The position numbers and the translations under genes were made by a program. Shown piece by piece: positions 1 to 10,157 of a DNA stretch of 54,310 bases; position 1 is the stretch's first letter, and each line of letters begins with the position of its first letter. This DNA is from Selaginella moellendorffii (taxonomy: Eukaryota > Plantae > Lycopodiophyta): NCBI RefSeq assembly GCF_000143415.4, contig NW_003314277.1:2372711-2427020 (forward strand), read 5' to 3'. The notes beneath the pieces are model-generated. The model had not been told where the DNA came from, ran no database searches, and saw only the letters and a program-made list of their open reading frames with translations.

Positions 1-560
1 CAGCTCAAATCGCCCATATGCCTGACAAGTCCGCCTCATCCCATGCACATGCATGTTTACGACCATTGCTATAAAGAATGAAAATTGGTTCCACCGCACA
101 ATGCAAGTGTAGACAGCAATGTGTAGCAACAGGTCAGGCAAGGAAGATAAGCTCAAACCTGTATCAACCAACAATAAGAGAATAATAGGAGATCTTTTGT
201 TATAAAAATGAGCTTAGAAAGTAAACACTAGATGAACCAATGCCAAATGAACCCCTTATAATACTCCCGAAAGAAAGATAGAAGGGTCACTGACTTATTC
301 GCACAAGGTTCCTCCGTTACTCGCATGACTCCTCATTTCCCGGGTGCATCTCAGTGTCCAGATCTTCCACTACAATAGCACTAACAGAACGTTGTTGACA
401 CCAAGGTCTCCACCCAAGAAATGAAGGTTGCTAATCCGGAAAATGTCAATAACGCTAATAAGTGTGACCAACTTCATCATATGCCCAACAGCAAACATCA
501 CAACCATGACCATGTCCTCGCCCTTGTCCTTGGACTCGAGTAGCAGCAACATCAACCTCC

Positions 561-716
561 ATTAGAACAGGACCATCGTGTAAGCTCCTGAGTTTGGACT
601 TCCCAGGAGGTCACCCAGCCTAGTACTATTCAAACCCAATTAGAACAGGACCATCGTGTAAGCTCCTGAGTTTGGACTTCCCGGGAGGTCACCCAGCCTA
701 ATACTATTCAAACCCA
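561..716. repeat. 78-bp tandem duplication spanning the Gypsy/TRIM junction
   Basis: attagaacaggaccatcgtgtaagc...tattcaaaccca occurs at 561-638 and 639-716. Confidence 0.9.
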
Positions 717-1251
717 AGGACGCTTAATCCCAAATATCCCAAGACCCTTAACCGATTGGAAAAGGGGGTGCACTCTTGTTCATGGGCCCTTTCCCTCTAT
801 ATTTGAACCCCTATGGATAGTCTCTCGAGTCGTTCCCTTTGGTTGCTTACAATCCACTACGCTTCCCTGCAAGTTCACACCCTCGTGAACGGAAGCTAAG
901 AGCCGCAGCTCTCCCGAGAGCCCCGCTCTCTTGACACCCTACCCCTCGGGTCGAGCCCAACGGGAGCAAACTGGACCAGCCAGATGTCAATCAACATGTG
1001 GTGCAATTCCCTTAGCCAACCAACAGAGTCGGACCCGAGACCCCTCTGATACCAAATGTAAGCTCCTGAGTTTGGACTTCCCGGGAGGTCACCCAGCCTA
1101 GTACTATTCAAACCCAATGACGCTTAACCCCAAATATCCCAAGACCCTTAACCGATTGGAAAAGGGGGTGCACTCTTGTTCATGGGCCCTTTCCCTCTAT
1201 ATTTGAACCCCTATGGATTGTTTCTCGAGTCGTTCCCTTTGGTTGCTTACA
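657..1251 (-). mobile_element. Cassandra-type TRIM (non-autonomous LTR element with 5S rRNA-derived LTR segment) nested in Gypsy gag
   Basis: Two 195-bp LTRs (657-851, 1057-1251) bounded by TGTAAGC...GCTTACA, 5 mismatches by eye. 5-bp TSD CATCG (652-656, 1252-1256). tRNA-iMet PBS TGGTATCAGAG on - at ~1044-1054. Purine-rich PPT on - at 852-867. 205-bp non-coding interior. Confidence 0.92.
1074..1128 (-). promoter_or_regulatory. 5S rRNA internal control region (A-box/IE/C-box, Pol III) inside the TRIM LTR; second copy at ~674-726, partial third at ~596-638
   Basis: Minus strand reads GTTAAGCGTCATTGGGTTTGAATAGTACTAGGCTGGGTGACCTCCCGGGAAGTCC versus plant 5S GTTAAGCGTGCTTGGGCGAGAGTAGTACTAGGATGGGTGACCTCCTGGGAAGTCC. 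Confidence 0.88.
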
Positions 1252-2699
1252 CATCGCCCATGGGAAGTGGAGTAGATGGACGGGCAATGAGAAGTGGAAA
1301 AGGCGACGTCTCATAATGTTGTGCTAAGCAAAGAACATTGTCAAGGATGGCTGGAGCAAATGTATGCACAAGTCTAACAAGATCTTGACGAAGTGCTAGC
1401 CACAATATTCCTAGCTTGATCCACTCCGACATATTTGGCTCCGCACGAAGCAAGAAGCTTCAGAAACGAATGCCAAATTGCATCACCGACTCAGATAGCC
1501 CTTAATGAAAATAATGCAATTGTTAGAAAGCATTATTACAATCGTTAGCATGTCCAAATGCGCGTCTAAAGATGTTCAAGAGAACACTCCAATCCCCACG
1601 AGTGGCTGCATTCAAACCATTGTACCACTATAGCGCCATCCCTTGGAGACACGTGGGAAACTTACGCAAATGTCGAGCATCATCCCAAAAATGATATGTG
1701 GCAATCACCATAAAGTAATCAAACTAATGGTACACATCATCCCTAGGATTCCCACAAAAGAACTTTAGCCGAAGGCGAGGATTAGCACTAAGAGCAAGAG
1801 GAGTTGTACCACATGTTGTGAATGCCACCATCAACTAAGTTTAATTGTTAAATTGCAATCACATGGCATCAAGCAATTGCACCAACTGCTACTCTAGAGT
1901 CAAAGGAAGAAACTATTACTCTGTCATGAAGATGAATGAAAAGGAAAGAGCAAAAGAAGATAAATAAGAAGAAAATTAGAAGGAAAAAGAGATCTAGACC
2001 ATAGAAAAGCTATATCTAAATCAAAATTCTGAAAGGAAAGAATAAAAGAAAGGAAATGGAAAAAGCTAGATCTAAACAATGTAAAAGCTAGATTTAAACC
2101 AAAATCCCAAATCCAAACACTCCTTAGGGATAATGAAAAATGCCCCTCATCTCCACTAATGTGAGTGCTTGGAATATGGAAAGGGAATATAGAAAATATG
2201 CATATCAATTAGCCCAAAAACCCTAGTTTTTATACAAGAGTAAGTGGTCTAGATTGAAACCAATCCGACGACTACCAAAATCCCACTATACTAATATTAG
2301 TATACATCATCGTAGTTATACACTTGGCCGTTACATTTCCATATTTCATGCACTCACAAAATTTTATTAATAAAAATAACTATTTTTTATAAAAAATAGT
2401 ATATTCTAAAAATATTATAATTATAAGAAAACTAATAAATGTTTTTAAAATATTTATATAAAATGATTTTATGTTTATTTTTTATGTTGTTTCAACTACT
2501 TTTTCATGTAGGAGGACTAGGTGGTAGTGAATATACCTAAAATATACTTGGATATTTTTGGATATTTTACTATCTATTTAGATTAATCTTGTATTTATAA
2601 TTTATAAACTTTCTTAAACACTTCCTAGTATATTCTAGATTATATTACTGATATGCAATAAGATTAATCTTTTTTATAAATTATAACATTTTTATACCA

Positions 2700-3870
2700 C
2701 CTTCAAGTGCCTAAGCTCCAGAAGTCTGTTGAGAGAAAATCCAGGCAGATAATCCTGAGATGATGTTGACCATAGACAGGTACCTGAGGCTTGAGTACCA
2801 GTTGGAAGGCCACACCGAAGATCAAGATCCAGTATGATATTATTAAACAAACCAAACATTACTGCATAATGCACAACAAATTATTTTATTATCACTTTGT
2901 TATACTCTAACCCCTTTTTTTAAACACATAAATTTGGCCTTAGTCTAAATATTATGGTGCCAGTATAATAGGCTCCTTGGTTGGTCACTTTTGTCTTTCA
3001 ATCTATATAGTTTGTTGGGAATCAAATGTTATGGCTTGCAAAAGCCGCTAAAACTGTGTCACGAACAGGATCACAAAGATTAAAGTACACAAAGATGGTA
3101 AATAAAAACAAGAACAAACAAGAGTAACAAAAATAATTAAATAAAAAGTGCATGGAATTTAGCTTGTGTAGATTTATGTTGATTCTTACCACCACTTGTG
3201 CACAAAGATTGTGGAACACATTGATCAAATTCAAGTGATTGAGTCAAGTCTGGGAGCAATGACCTTGAGAGATGTTTCTGCTTGTGCATAAGCAATGAAC
3301 AATAAGTTTCACGAGACTATATTCTCACCATGGCAATCCAGAGGATTTGGTGTTTCTCTGGGTGGAAGTGAATCACATGCGAAAACAGGTTAAAAATCTT
3401 AACCAACAGTTCTAAGTTCTTTTGGTGTGTTAAAGATGAGATCCAGATTCAGGAGGACATGAATCAAGATGATGCAGTGCCTAGCTGCTTTCATGAGGAT
3501 CTTCACTGGAATGAGGCTCCTCTCATGAGATGGAGGGATCTTTCTTTTCTTTGCTTTGGATCAAGATTCAGTCTTTTTTTCCCCATACTGCTAGGAAAGG
3601 TGGTGAAGACATTCGAAGAAGCTTAACTCATCAGCAAAGTCTAGTCACTGTTCAAGTTTCTACGTCACAAATGGGATTGCAACTTTTATCATAATCCCGA
3701 GGCTCATTCGTGCACTGCATGAGGATGCACTGAAGCAATCAAGCTGCTTCCAACTTTACTCCTGCAGATCCTACTTGATGTATCCATGCTGGTTTCTCAT
3801 GATTTGTCACACAAACAACTATATCTGTGGAAAAACACCTTCATTATACAGCAGACACTTTCATCACATT
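2700..3870 (+). pseudogene. Degraded multi-exon gene fragment(s), unidentified
   Basis: Moderate-GC islands with GT/AG-bounded short AT-rich gaps (e.g. 3097-3170) and in-frame stops. No family recognised. Confidence 0.3.
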
Positions 3871-4168
3871 TACCTTGAGATTTTGTGTTTAAATTATATT
3901 TATAATCACTTATTTATAAAGTTAAAAAGTATCTTAATTAAATAAATTAAGTTTTGTTACTATAACTTAACAATACAAATGATAAATATACATATAAAAA
4001 CTATAATACTAAAAGCACAATGAAGAAGTAAAATTACTCAAGACAATAGAAGAAAACTATAGATCAAAGGTACAATAGCATTAACATATTAGACAAATCA
4101 TAATAGAAAAATATATTATATTAAATAATATTTATGCCTACTTAGTGTTTTAGTTATGTTAGCAACCA

Positions 4169-4205
4169 GTGCAAGAGGTCCCGAGTTCGATTCTCGGAAT
4201 GCCCC
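4169..4205 (+). pseudogene. 3' half of a tRNA-Pro gene (truncated)
   Basis: GTGCAAGAGGTCCCGAGTTCGATTCTCGGAATGCCCC matches the plant tRNA-Pro 3' half (T-arm/B-box and acceptor strand). The 5' half is absent. Confidence 0.85.
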
Positions 4206-4251
4206 AATAATTGCACTGTCTATATAGAATTTTTATTCGTGCAAAAAGTGT

Positions 4252-5326
4252 TTACACCTTGGAGGCTAGCACAAGACCAGCAATTCCAAAAGTGAGAGCA
4301 ACGCTTCCTCCATACTTCGTTCCAAACTCAGCAATGCTGATGAAGGAATCGATGGCAGCATAGCCCTTTGCATAGAGGTCTTTGCCAACGGTGTTGTAGA
4401 TGGCGCGAACTGGAGCAAGCACGGCCTGGTATGCGTATGGCAGGTACTCGGTTGCACCGACAGCATCAAAGATGGAGTCCAAGAACCACTCGCTGTGAGT
4501 GGATGCTAGAACATTGTTCACCATGATACTGCCAGAGAGAGTGAGTGGGTTGTAGAGGCCTAGCTTCTCAACCTTTGAGATTTCTGGAGAAGTAGCACAG
4601 AATTGTTAGAAACATCCCACCAATATATTATGCTTTTTGCTTACCAGTGATTTTAGATGATTCCCACAGGGAATCTCCAACCTTGAGGTCCTCGGCTCTC
4701 TTGTACATGAGCTTCCCATTGACAGCAACGGGAACAAAGTGGCCTGCAGTGAGTTCCAACATGTTTGAAGCGCTGTGCACTTGGAAAAACTTGGAGATGG
4801 CATCAGCATCCTTGTGGCCGAATCCATATACATCTGAATAGATATTCTTGCCCACTGCAACCTGTGGAAAAGTTATACTTGGACAAGATTTGTAAATTTA
4901 TGTGGAAGTATTCAACCTTGTCTCCAACATTAAGCTCCCTCACGAACTTAATTTCTCCATTATACATCTGAACAGTTGCATCTCCTATAATAGATTGAAC
5001 ATTGTATGAAGACAACGTGAATTCACATGAACCCTACCTGGGAAGCATCCTGGAGTGGCTGGAGGGGGTGGAGGAGTGGCTGGAGGGGGTCGAGTGCCTG
5101 GAGGAGGAGTGGCTGGTGGAGTGCCTGGAGGAGGAGTGCCTGGAGGGGGTCGAGTGCCTGGAGGGGGTGTAGCGCCTGGAGGAGGAGTGCCTGGAGGGGG
5201 TGTAGTGCCTGGAGTGGGAGGGGAGGCAGGGGGTGGCGTGGGAGGAAGTGAAGTTTGTGCCACTGCAATGCCTGCAGCGAAGGCGATGAAAGAAGTCAGG
5301 AAGATTAGAGCATTAGTATGAGCCAT
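4252..5326 (-). CDS. Secreted proline-rich (extensin/AGP-like) protein fused to a Hedgehog-type Hint/Hog autoprocessing domain, ~301 aa
   Basis: Exons 5326-5038, 4984-4917, 4861-4645 and 4583-4252 are joined by 53/55/61-bp GT-AG introns, in frame (906 nt). The protein has a signal peptide (AVA/QT), PPPGT repeats, then G|CFPGDATVQMYNGEIKFVRELNVGDKV...YSDVYGFGHKD...LELTAGHFV...GLYNPLTLSGSIMVNNVLASTH...AVLAPVRAIY and a hydrophobic C-tail. This aligns motif by motif with Hedgehog CFPG...LTAAH...GAYAPLT..GTI.IN.VLASC...AFAPFR. Confidence 0.93.
5051..5240 (-). repeat. Coding tandem repeats (15-18 bp units) encoding T/R-PPP-G/A
   Basis: Repeated gtgcctggaggagga / gtgcctggagggggt units. Confidence 0.9.
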
Positions 5327-5539
5327 TAGAACAGAATTATGATATATCTAGCTAGCTCGAAACTGCTGGTTGCTAACACTCTAGAGCACGCCATTTTATA
5401 GCAGAATGTAAGCATCTAATGTTTGGTGTCGTGCATGAAAAATTCAAACATAGTTCGTGAATGGTGGTCCTACTTAAGAATTTTTGGTGAGATCCTAAAT
5501 AACCATAAGAGCATAACCTCGAGAAAGGTTACATGCCTC

Positions 5540-5925
5540 GAGTTCCAAGAGTTGGAAGAGCGTAGCGGGGATTCTTTCTGGAGAGCTTGAGACCATCCTC
5601 TGGGGATGCAAGAGTGTTGAAGCGGTGGAAAGACGACACTGGCTTTCTCTAGACATATCAGCATTGAAGAATTGATGCCTGGTACGTAAGAATTCTTCTA
5701 TAACTTGGTGTTCACAGGGTAGAAACAATGGCAGGAGGCAACCCAATGGTTCCCCGCATTTGTTTGGTGCATTTGTTTGGTCAGCGGAGTGGTGATCCAG
5801 AGAAGATTTCTGGAAGCGTACCAATCCAGCGACGCTGCGAATATTGTAGTTGGAGCGCTTGTGGTGATTGGGCTCATGGGTTTGTACTTTTGGTTCTTGT
5901 TGACTCTTATGCCTCTGGATCATCA
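5540..5925 (+). pseudogene. Inverted, decayed duplicate of the 3' end (last intron and exon) of the syntaxin-6-N gene
   Basis: Reverse-complement match to ~8505-8945 (e.g. cgtagcggggattc..ctggagagctygagaccatc; ggtagaaacaatggcagg). It keeps the intron and has stops and indels. Confidence 0.85.
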
Positions 5926-5999
5926 CCATGTTCCTTCACTGATCAAAGAAACATAAGAACGAGAAAGCAACAAAACAAGTTTCTGGGAGAAGAAAAACT

Positions 6000-8100
6000 T
6001 ACCAATCATGGCTGAACACAACGAGAGCCCATTTCCTATGCTTCAAAAGTCTGGTGTTTGACATCATGCCACCTGAAACAAGCAAGCAAACGAGATAAGT
6101 AGAGAAACAACAAAACAAGAAGTAAACCTTCATACCCCTGGACAACTCACACTGAACGGCGGCTGCTTATGGATCTCCACTGAGTGGCTTTTTGGATGCA
6201 TGAACAGAGGGAGCCCCTGATTCTCCCTTCAACCTTCAATAGCTTTGCGTCAACCACCTATTCCAGTCATGGGGACGTCCAAGCTTTGCTAAGTTTGTAG
6301 TTAAGATGGAAACAGCAAGAACGTTACCTGACGCTCGACTGTCCAAGGTGTGTGTTGCTCATAATGAAAAGAGAAGGACAGTACCGTTTCAAACCCAATT
6401 GACGACACTTTGTTTCGCTCAAAGCAAGAGCATCATTCCGACTCTAGGACTTGTCACCAAAACACCATGGAAGATCGAAAGAAACAGTGGAAGTTTGAGA
6501 AAACTAGAGAGATTGTCATACTTACATTACCACTTCTCGAGCAGACGATCAGCTTCCAGGAACTTTACTGGCGAATCAGTCAAGAGAGCAGGAGTGATGA
6601 CAATCCAGCGTAGTTGGAATAGACTGATCTGGACGATAGAGTTTCGAGGTATTACAGGTGCTCCCTCGATTGTTCCATGAACAACAAGTACTGGTTGAGT
6701 CATCCATAGATTTAGAGCCGCTACTTCTCTGGTGAGCGATCTTGGAGGTGCGAAGATCCCGGATCATTGAGCTGGACATCCTCCGCAAAGACAAGATCCC
6801 TCCAAGATCACTCTGCGCCTCCATCCAAGATTGCTCAGCATCATATGCGCTGCGATTTACCAAATGTAAAAGCATATGCTCGTCTTTCAGCACAAGCTTA
6901 GTTCTTTAGAAACTACCTAAAGATAGATCATCCAAGCTTCTCTAGACATTAAAATCTTGACAATGCCGCCACTGCCAGTTCCCAATCCCTGGCAACCTAT
7001 ATCATGAAGCTCAATGCCACAAATTCGGATTTTTTGACTTTTGAAAATCCTGGTAATGGTTTTCCCTGTGCTTGATTGCGAGCGCATCCGAGCATTCGGC
7101 AGCATTTGGCATCCCACAATTTCGACTTAGGGAATCGGGCTTGTGCTGGGCTTGGGCAGCCATGGTTAAGGACACGAATCAGGTGCGCAGCAGCGTGGTC
7201 AGGGTTGACTGGTTTATCCACCCACAGCGGATGGACTCTCGCTTGGAATCGTGGCATGTCTTCTTCTCGTGTCTGGAACCGCGGTCCTGAGGTGCAAAAT
7301 TGGGCAGGACGGGCAAGCGACTCAATCAATGCCTGTGAATTGACGACGTGTTGGTGCTCACACCATTCCACGTCCGGCATGCTACCTGTCCTGTGTTTAC
7401 CCACCGTTCTACGCCATTAACAATGTAGAGCTGTGTCGCTGTGTAAACGATGAGGATTTTTGTGCTGCTGAGGTAGAGCTTCTCGTCCTGTGCATGTGTG
7501 CGTTGGAGGTCTTGCGGGGCTTCCATCGCGCCCTCAAGACGCTCTGGAAGAAAAGCCTATGCTGGAAAGTAAAGCATGGAGCAAGAGGCTACAAGAAACT
7601 CATGAAGCCAAAGAAGAAAACTAATCTCACAAAAGAAAGACTGATTAAGTTCTAATATTCCTTGCTGGAGGGTTAGGGTTTAGTGCGCGTCCATTCTGGC
7701 GGGGCTTGGATGCGAAGCAGAGTTGCTGGTGTTGAAGAGCATTTTCTTTCTGGAGGCCGCGTTAAATCACTGCTTGGAGCGGCAACTGGTGAGTGGTGAT
7801 CCCAACTTCAGGCATGAAATAGCTATGCTTGTGGAGCTGGCCACCGAGGGATCGGGATCAATGGCGGTGGATGTCGATCAAGCCAAGCCACGGGTCAGCC
7901 AGCTTGCTCACGGCATGGTTCTAGCGTTTTCTCGCGAAGCCGACGATGATTTGAATGAAGCTGCAAGGATCAGTGGCCGCCGGGCCTTGGAGGGTGCCAT
8001 CCACGAGCTTTGCAAGCTGAATCCAAGCTCTCAAGAATCTGGAGCTTGAGCCCGAGGAAGCTCTTGCTGCATGGAGCACAGTGTTTGAAAGGGCGGGCGT
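6000..8100. pseudogene. Unidentified decayed coding fragments (some PPR-like words on - at 7000-7400)
   Basis: Coding-like GC content, short broken ORFs and intron-like gaps. No intact reading frame. Confidence 0.3.
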
Positions 8101-8124
8101 GAAGAGGGTTTGGGAGCATCGGGT

Positions 8125-8250
8125 TTGCTGTCACAGTGGGTCTGCCATCAAAGCTCTTGAGTTTCCTTCGCTTGCAATGCTCATCCATGCCAGCATTCTT
8201 ATTATCGAGGAAAGGCGAGGGATAAGATGGCAGCCGTACGGCGGTAGCAA
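8125..8250. ncRNA. Imperfect hairpin whose loop is homologous to the loop of the 27179-27370 hairpin
   Basis: Arms ttgctgtcacagtgggtctgccatc (8125-8149) and gatggcagccgtacggcggtagcaa (8226-8250). Loop core 8163-8208 matches 27261-27306 at 41 of 46 nt. Confidence 0.4.
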
Positions 8251-8478
8251 TCGTACGGACAGATTAGAACATGAATGCATTTATTCGAGAAACAAAAATA
8301 AAATAAAATCTATAAAACACACTGATTCGCAACACTTTTGCCTTTTAGAAAAGGTGTATGTACTTATACTAAATATAAGTAGAAAGCATAAATATAGAAT
8401 ATCCTCAAAGTTTTGACTTATAAAATCTAGACAGTTAATTTTTAAATTTATTAAAACCCCATTTCGAGTTTTGATCAA

Positions 8479-8985
8479 TCAATTCAAGAAGCTGCCGGGG
8501 ACAGGCTGATGATCCAGCGGCACGAGCGTCGACAAGAACCAAAAGTACAAACCCATGAGCCCAATCACCACGAGCGCTCCAAATCCGATCTTCGCAGCGT
8601 CCCCAACCTCGCTCGCTCGCAGAAACCTTCTCTGGATCACCGCTCCGCTGTGATCACCGAGGAGACCAAGCAAACGTGGGGAACCGCTTGACTGCTTCCT
8701 GCCATTGTTTCTACCCTGTAAACACCAAAGTCATTGGAGAAAACAAAAGCGAGAAAGCAATCTCATTCTTTACGTACCAGGCATCGATTCTTCAATGCTG
8801 ACATGCACTCCTCGGCGCGATCTAGAAAGCCAGCGTCGCCGTCTTTCCACCGCTTCAACACACTGGCCGACATTTGCATCTTCGATTGATGGTCTCGAGC
8901 TCTCCAGAAAAGAATCCCCGCTACGCTGTTCCAAAAACTCTTGGATTCTATCAATCCATCCCGACTGCTACTAGAACTGCCACTG

Positions 8986-9017
<32 letters not shown>

Positions 9018-9819
9018 ACTGCCACTCGAGAAAAAACCATTTCGTTCGTTGTGATGACAAAACCCATTGCAACCGTCCACAGTGTCGATTCTGATAGAAA
9101 TACTTGGAAGGCTGTCGAGCAAAACGTCGTTGTCGTTGCCCTGTTCTACCTCGCGTTCTTGGACGGCTATGGCGGTCGGAGAGCTACTATCTACGTCGTC
9201 ACTACCCGATAGGAACAGTGCGAGGCACTTGCTGTCCGCCTCACCAATGCTCGCGTACTTGAGCTTCTTCTTCTCTAAGCAATCGCCAATCTCTTTCTCC
9301 ATATTACACACCTGACTCTGGATCGCGTTCACGAACTGGGTGTGACGAGATTTCGCATCCTCGCCCAGGTAGACACGCTCGGCGGCAGCATTCGTTGCGA
9401 CTTTCACTGCCCTCGCGAATTCTTCCAACTGGAAAGAAACGAAACTTAAGAACTGACAGAGGAAAAAGCGGTCTAAAGTTCTGGAAAGTAAGTTCCAGCA
9501 AAAGGAGAAAGTCTAAAAGGGAAGAAGGTTGAATCGACTTACTTGCCATCTGACCGTGTCGAGAGCAGTGATAAGGTCGCGCTTGTTCGCTTTCACCGCC
9601 GCAATGATAGAAGAATCTTCCGGAGTCTCCTGCGCAACGCCCTGGGTGTATTTCCAAGCACGATAAATCGATTCCATTCTGCAAGGATGCTCATTCCCAT
9701 GAATCCAATCACCCTTTGGAGCTCCAAAGCAAGAAATCTTACCTGTCGGTCGAGTTTTGCACCTCCTCCGCAGCCGGAAAGAAAGGATCTAGCTCCCAGA
9801 AGGAGAGATTGCTCGCCAT
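8479..9819 (-). CDS. Syntaxin-6 N-terminal domain protein (plant syntaxin/t-SNARE-related family) with C-terminal TM anchor
   Basis: Exons encode MASNLSFWELDPFFPAAEEVQNSTDR | MESIYRAW...RDLITALDTVRWQ | LEEFARAV...RHTQFVNAIQSQV... | ...GFGALVVIGLMGLYFWFL. The WExDPFFxAAEEVQ and L.T.KWQLEEF motifs are typical of the family. Poly-Ser from (ctg)n at ~8980-9020. Confidence 0.88.
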
Positions 9820-10157
9820 AGCTGGAGAGCGAGATTTCCCTGCCCTAAACCCTGTTCCCACACTGCTCCACTCGCCGCGCACTTGCTTAGACCGATCGAT
9901 AGCGACGGCGGGGAGGCGAGAATCGATAGCGATCGGAGGCAACAGCGCGTATTCGATCAATCCATGGCCGCCATGGCGTTGAGCAGGCACCAGCCAGACG
10001 AAGACGCCCTCGTGTGGTCTTTAAGCGCGACAAGTAAAAGGGGAGGGGCCCCCGAGCCCTACCTTTAGCTTTGTTTTTTAACTGGTTCCTTTAAATAATA
10101 GCCGGGAAAGTGGGGGTTCGAATCTTCTAAAGGCCCCGCTATTTACTCTATTAAATC

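Larger units (their letters stand above)
1..2335 (-). mobile_element. Decayed Ty3/Gypsy LTR retrotransposon, 5' part (5' LTR, PBS, gag, start of protease); continues off the left edge
   Basis: Collinear with 34950-36568. LTR 2160-2335 (TGT...ACA, 176 bp). PBS-like 'cccctcatctccacta' lies just inside it. The gag-like frames, including a CCHC-like knuckle near 450-500, are broken by stops. Confidence 0.9.

Noticed and set aside
596-1128. Bona fide 5S rRNA gene array
   Set aside because: Only ~55 nt of the 5S internal region is present, embedded in LTRs with TSD, PBS and PPT. The 5S 5' part and terminator are missing.
4169-4205. Functional tRNA-Pro or SINE
   Set aside because: The 5' half and A-box are missing, and there is no SINE body or tail.
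4495-5047. True protein-splicing intein
   Set aside because: No terminal His-Asn plus Cys/Ser/Thr and no split host protein. The motifs, signal peptide and SRR-like tail are Hedgehog/Hog type.
5023-5321. Gly-rich, Trp/Arg-rich and LQAL-repeat ORFs
   Set aside because: Antisense or alternative frames of the Pro-rich exon of the Hog gene.
4252-5326. Animal or fungal contamination, or a real hedgehog gene
   Set aside because: No Hedge signalling domain. Intron sizes match neighbouring plant genes and the flanks are continuous with local repeats and a local gene duplicate.
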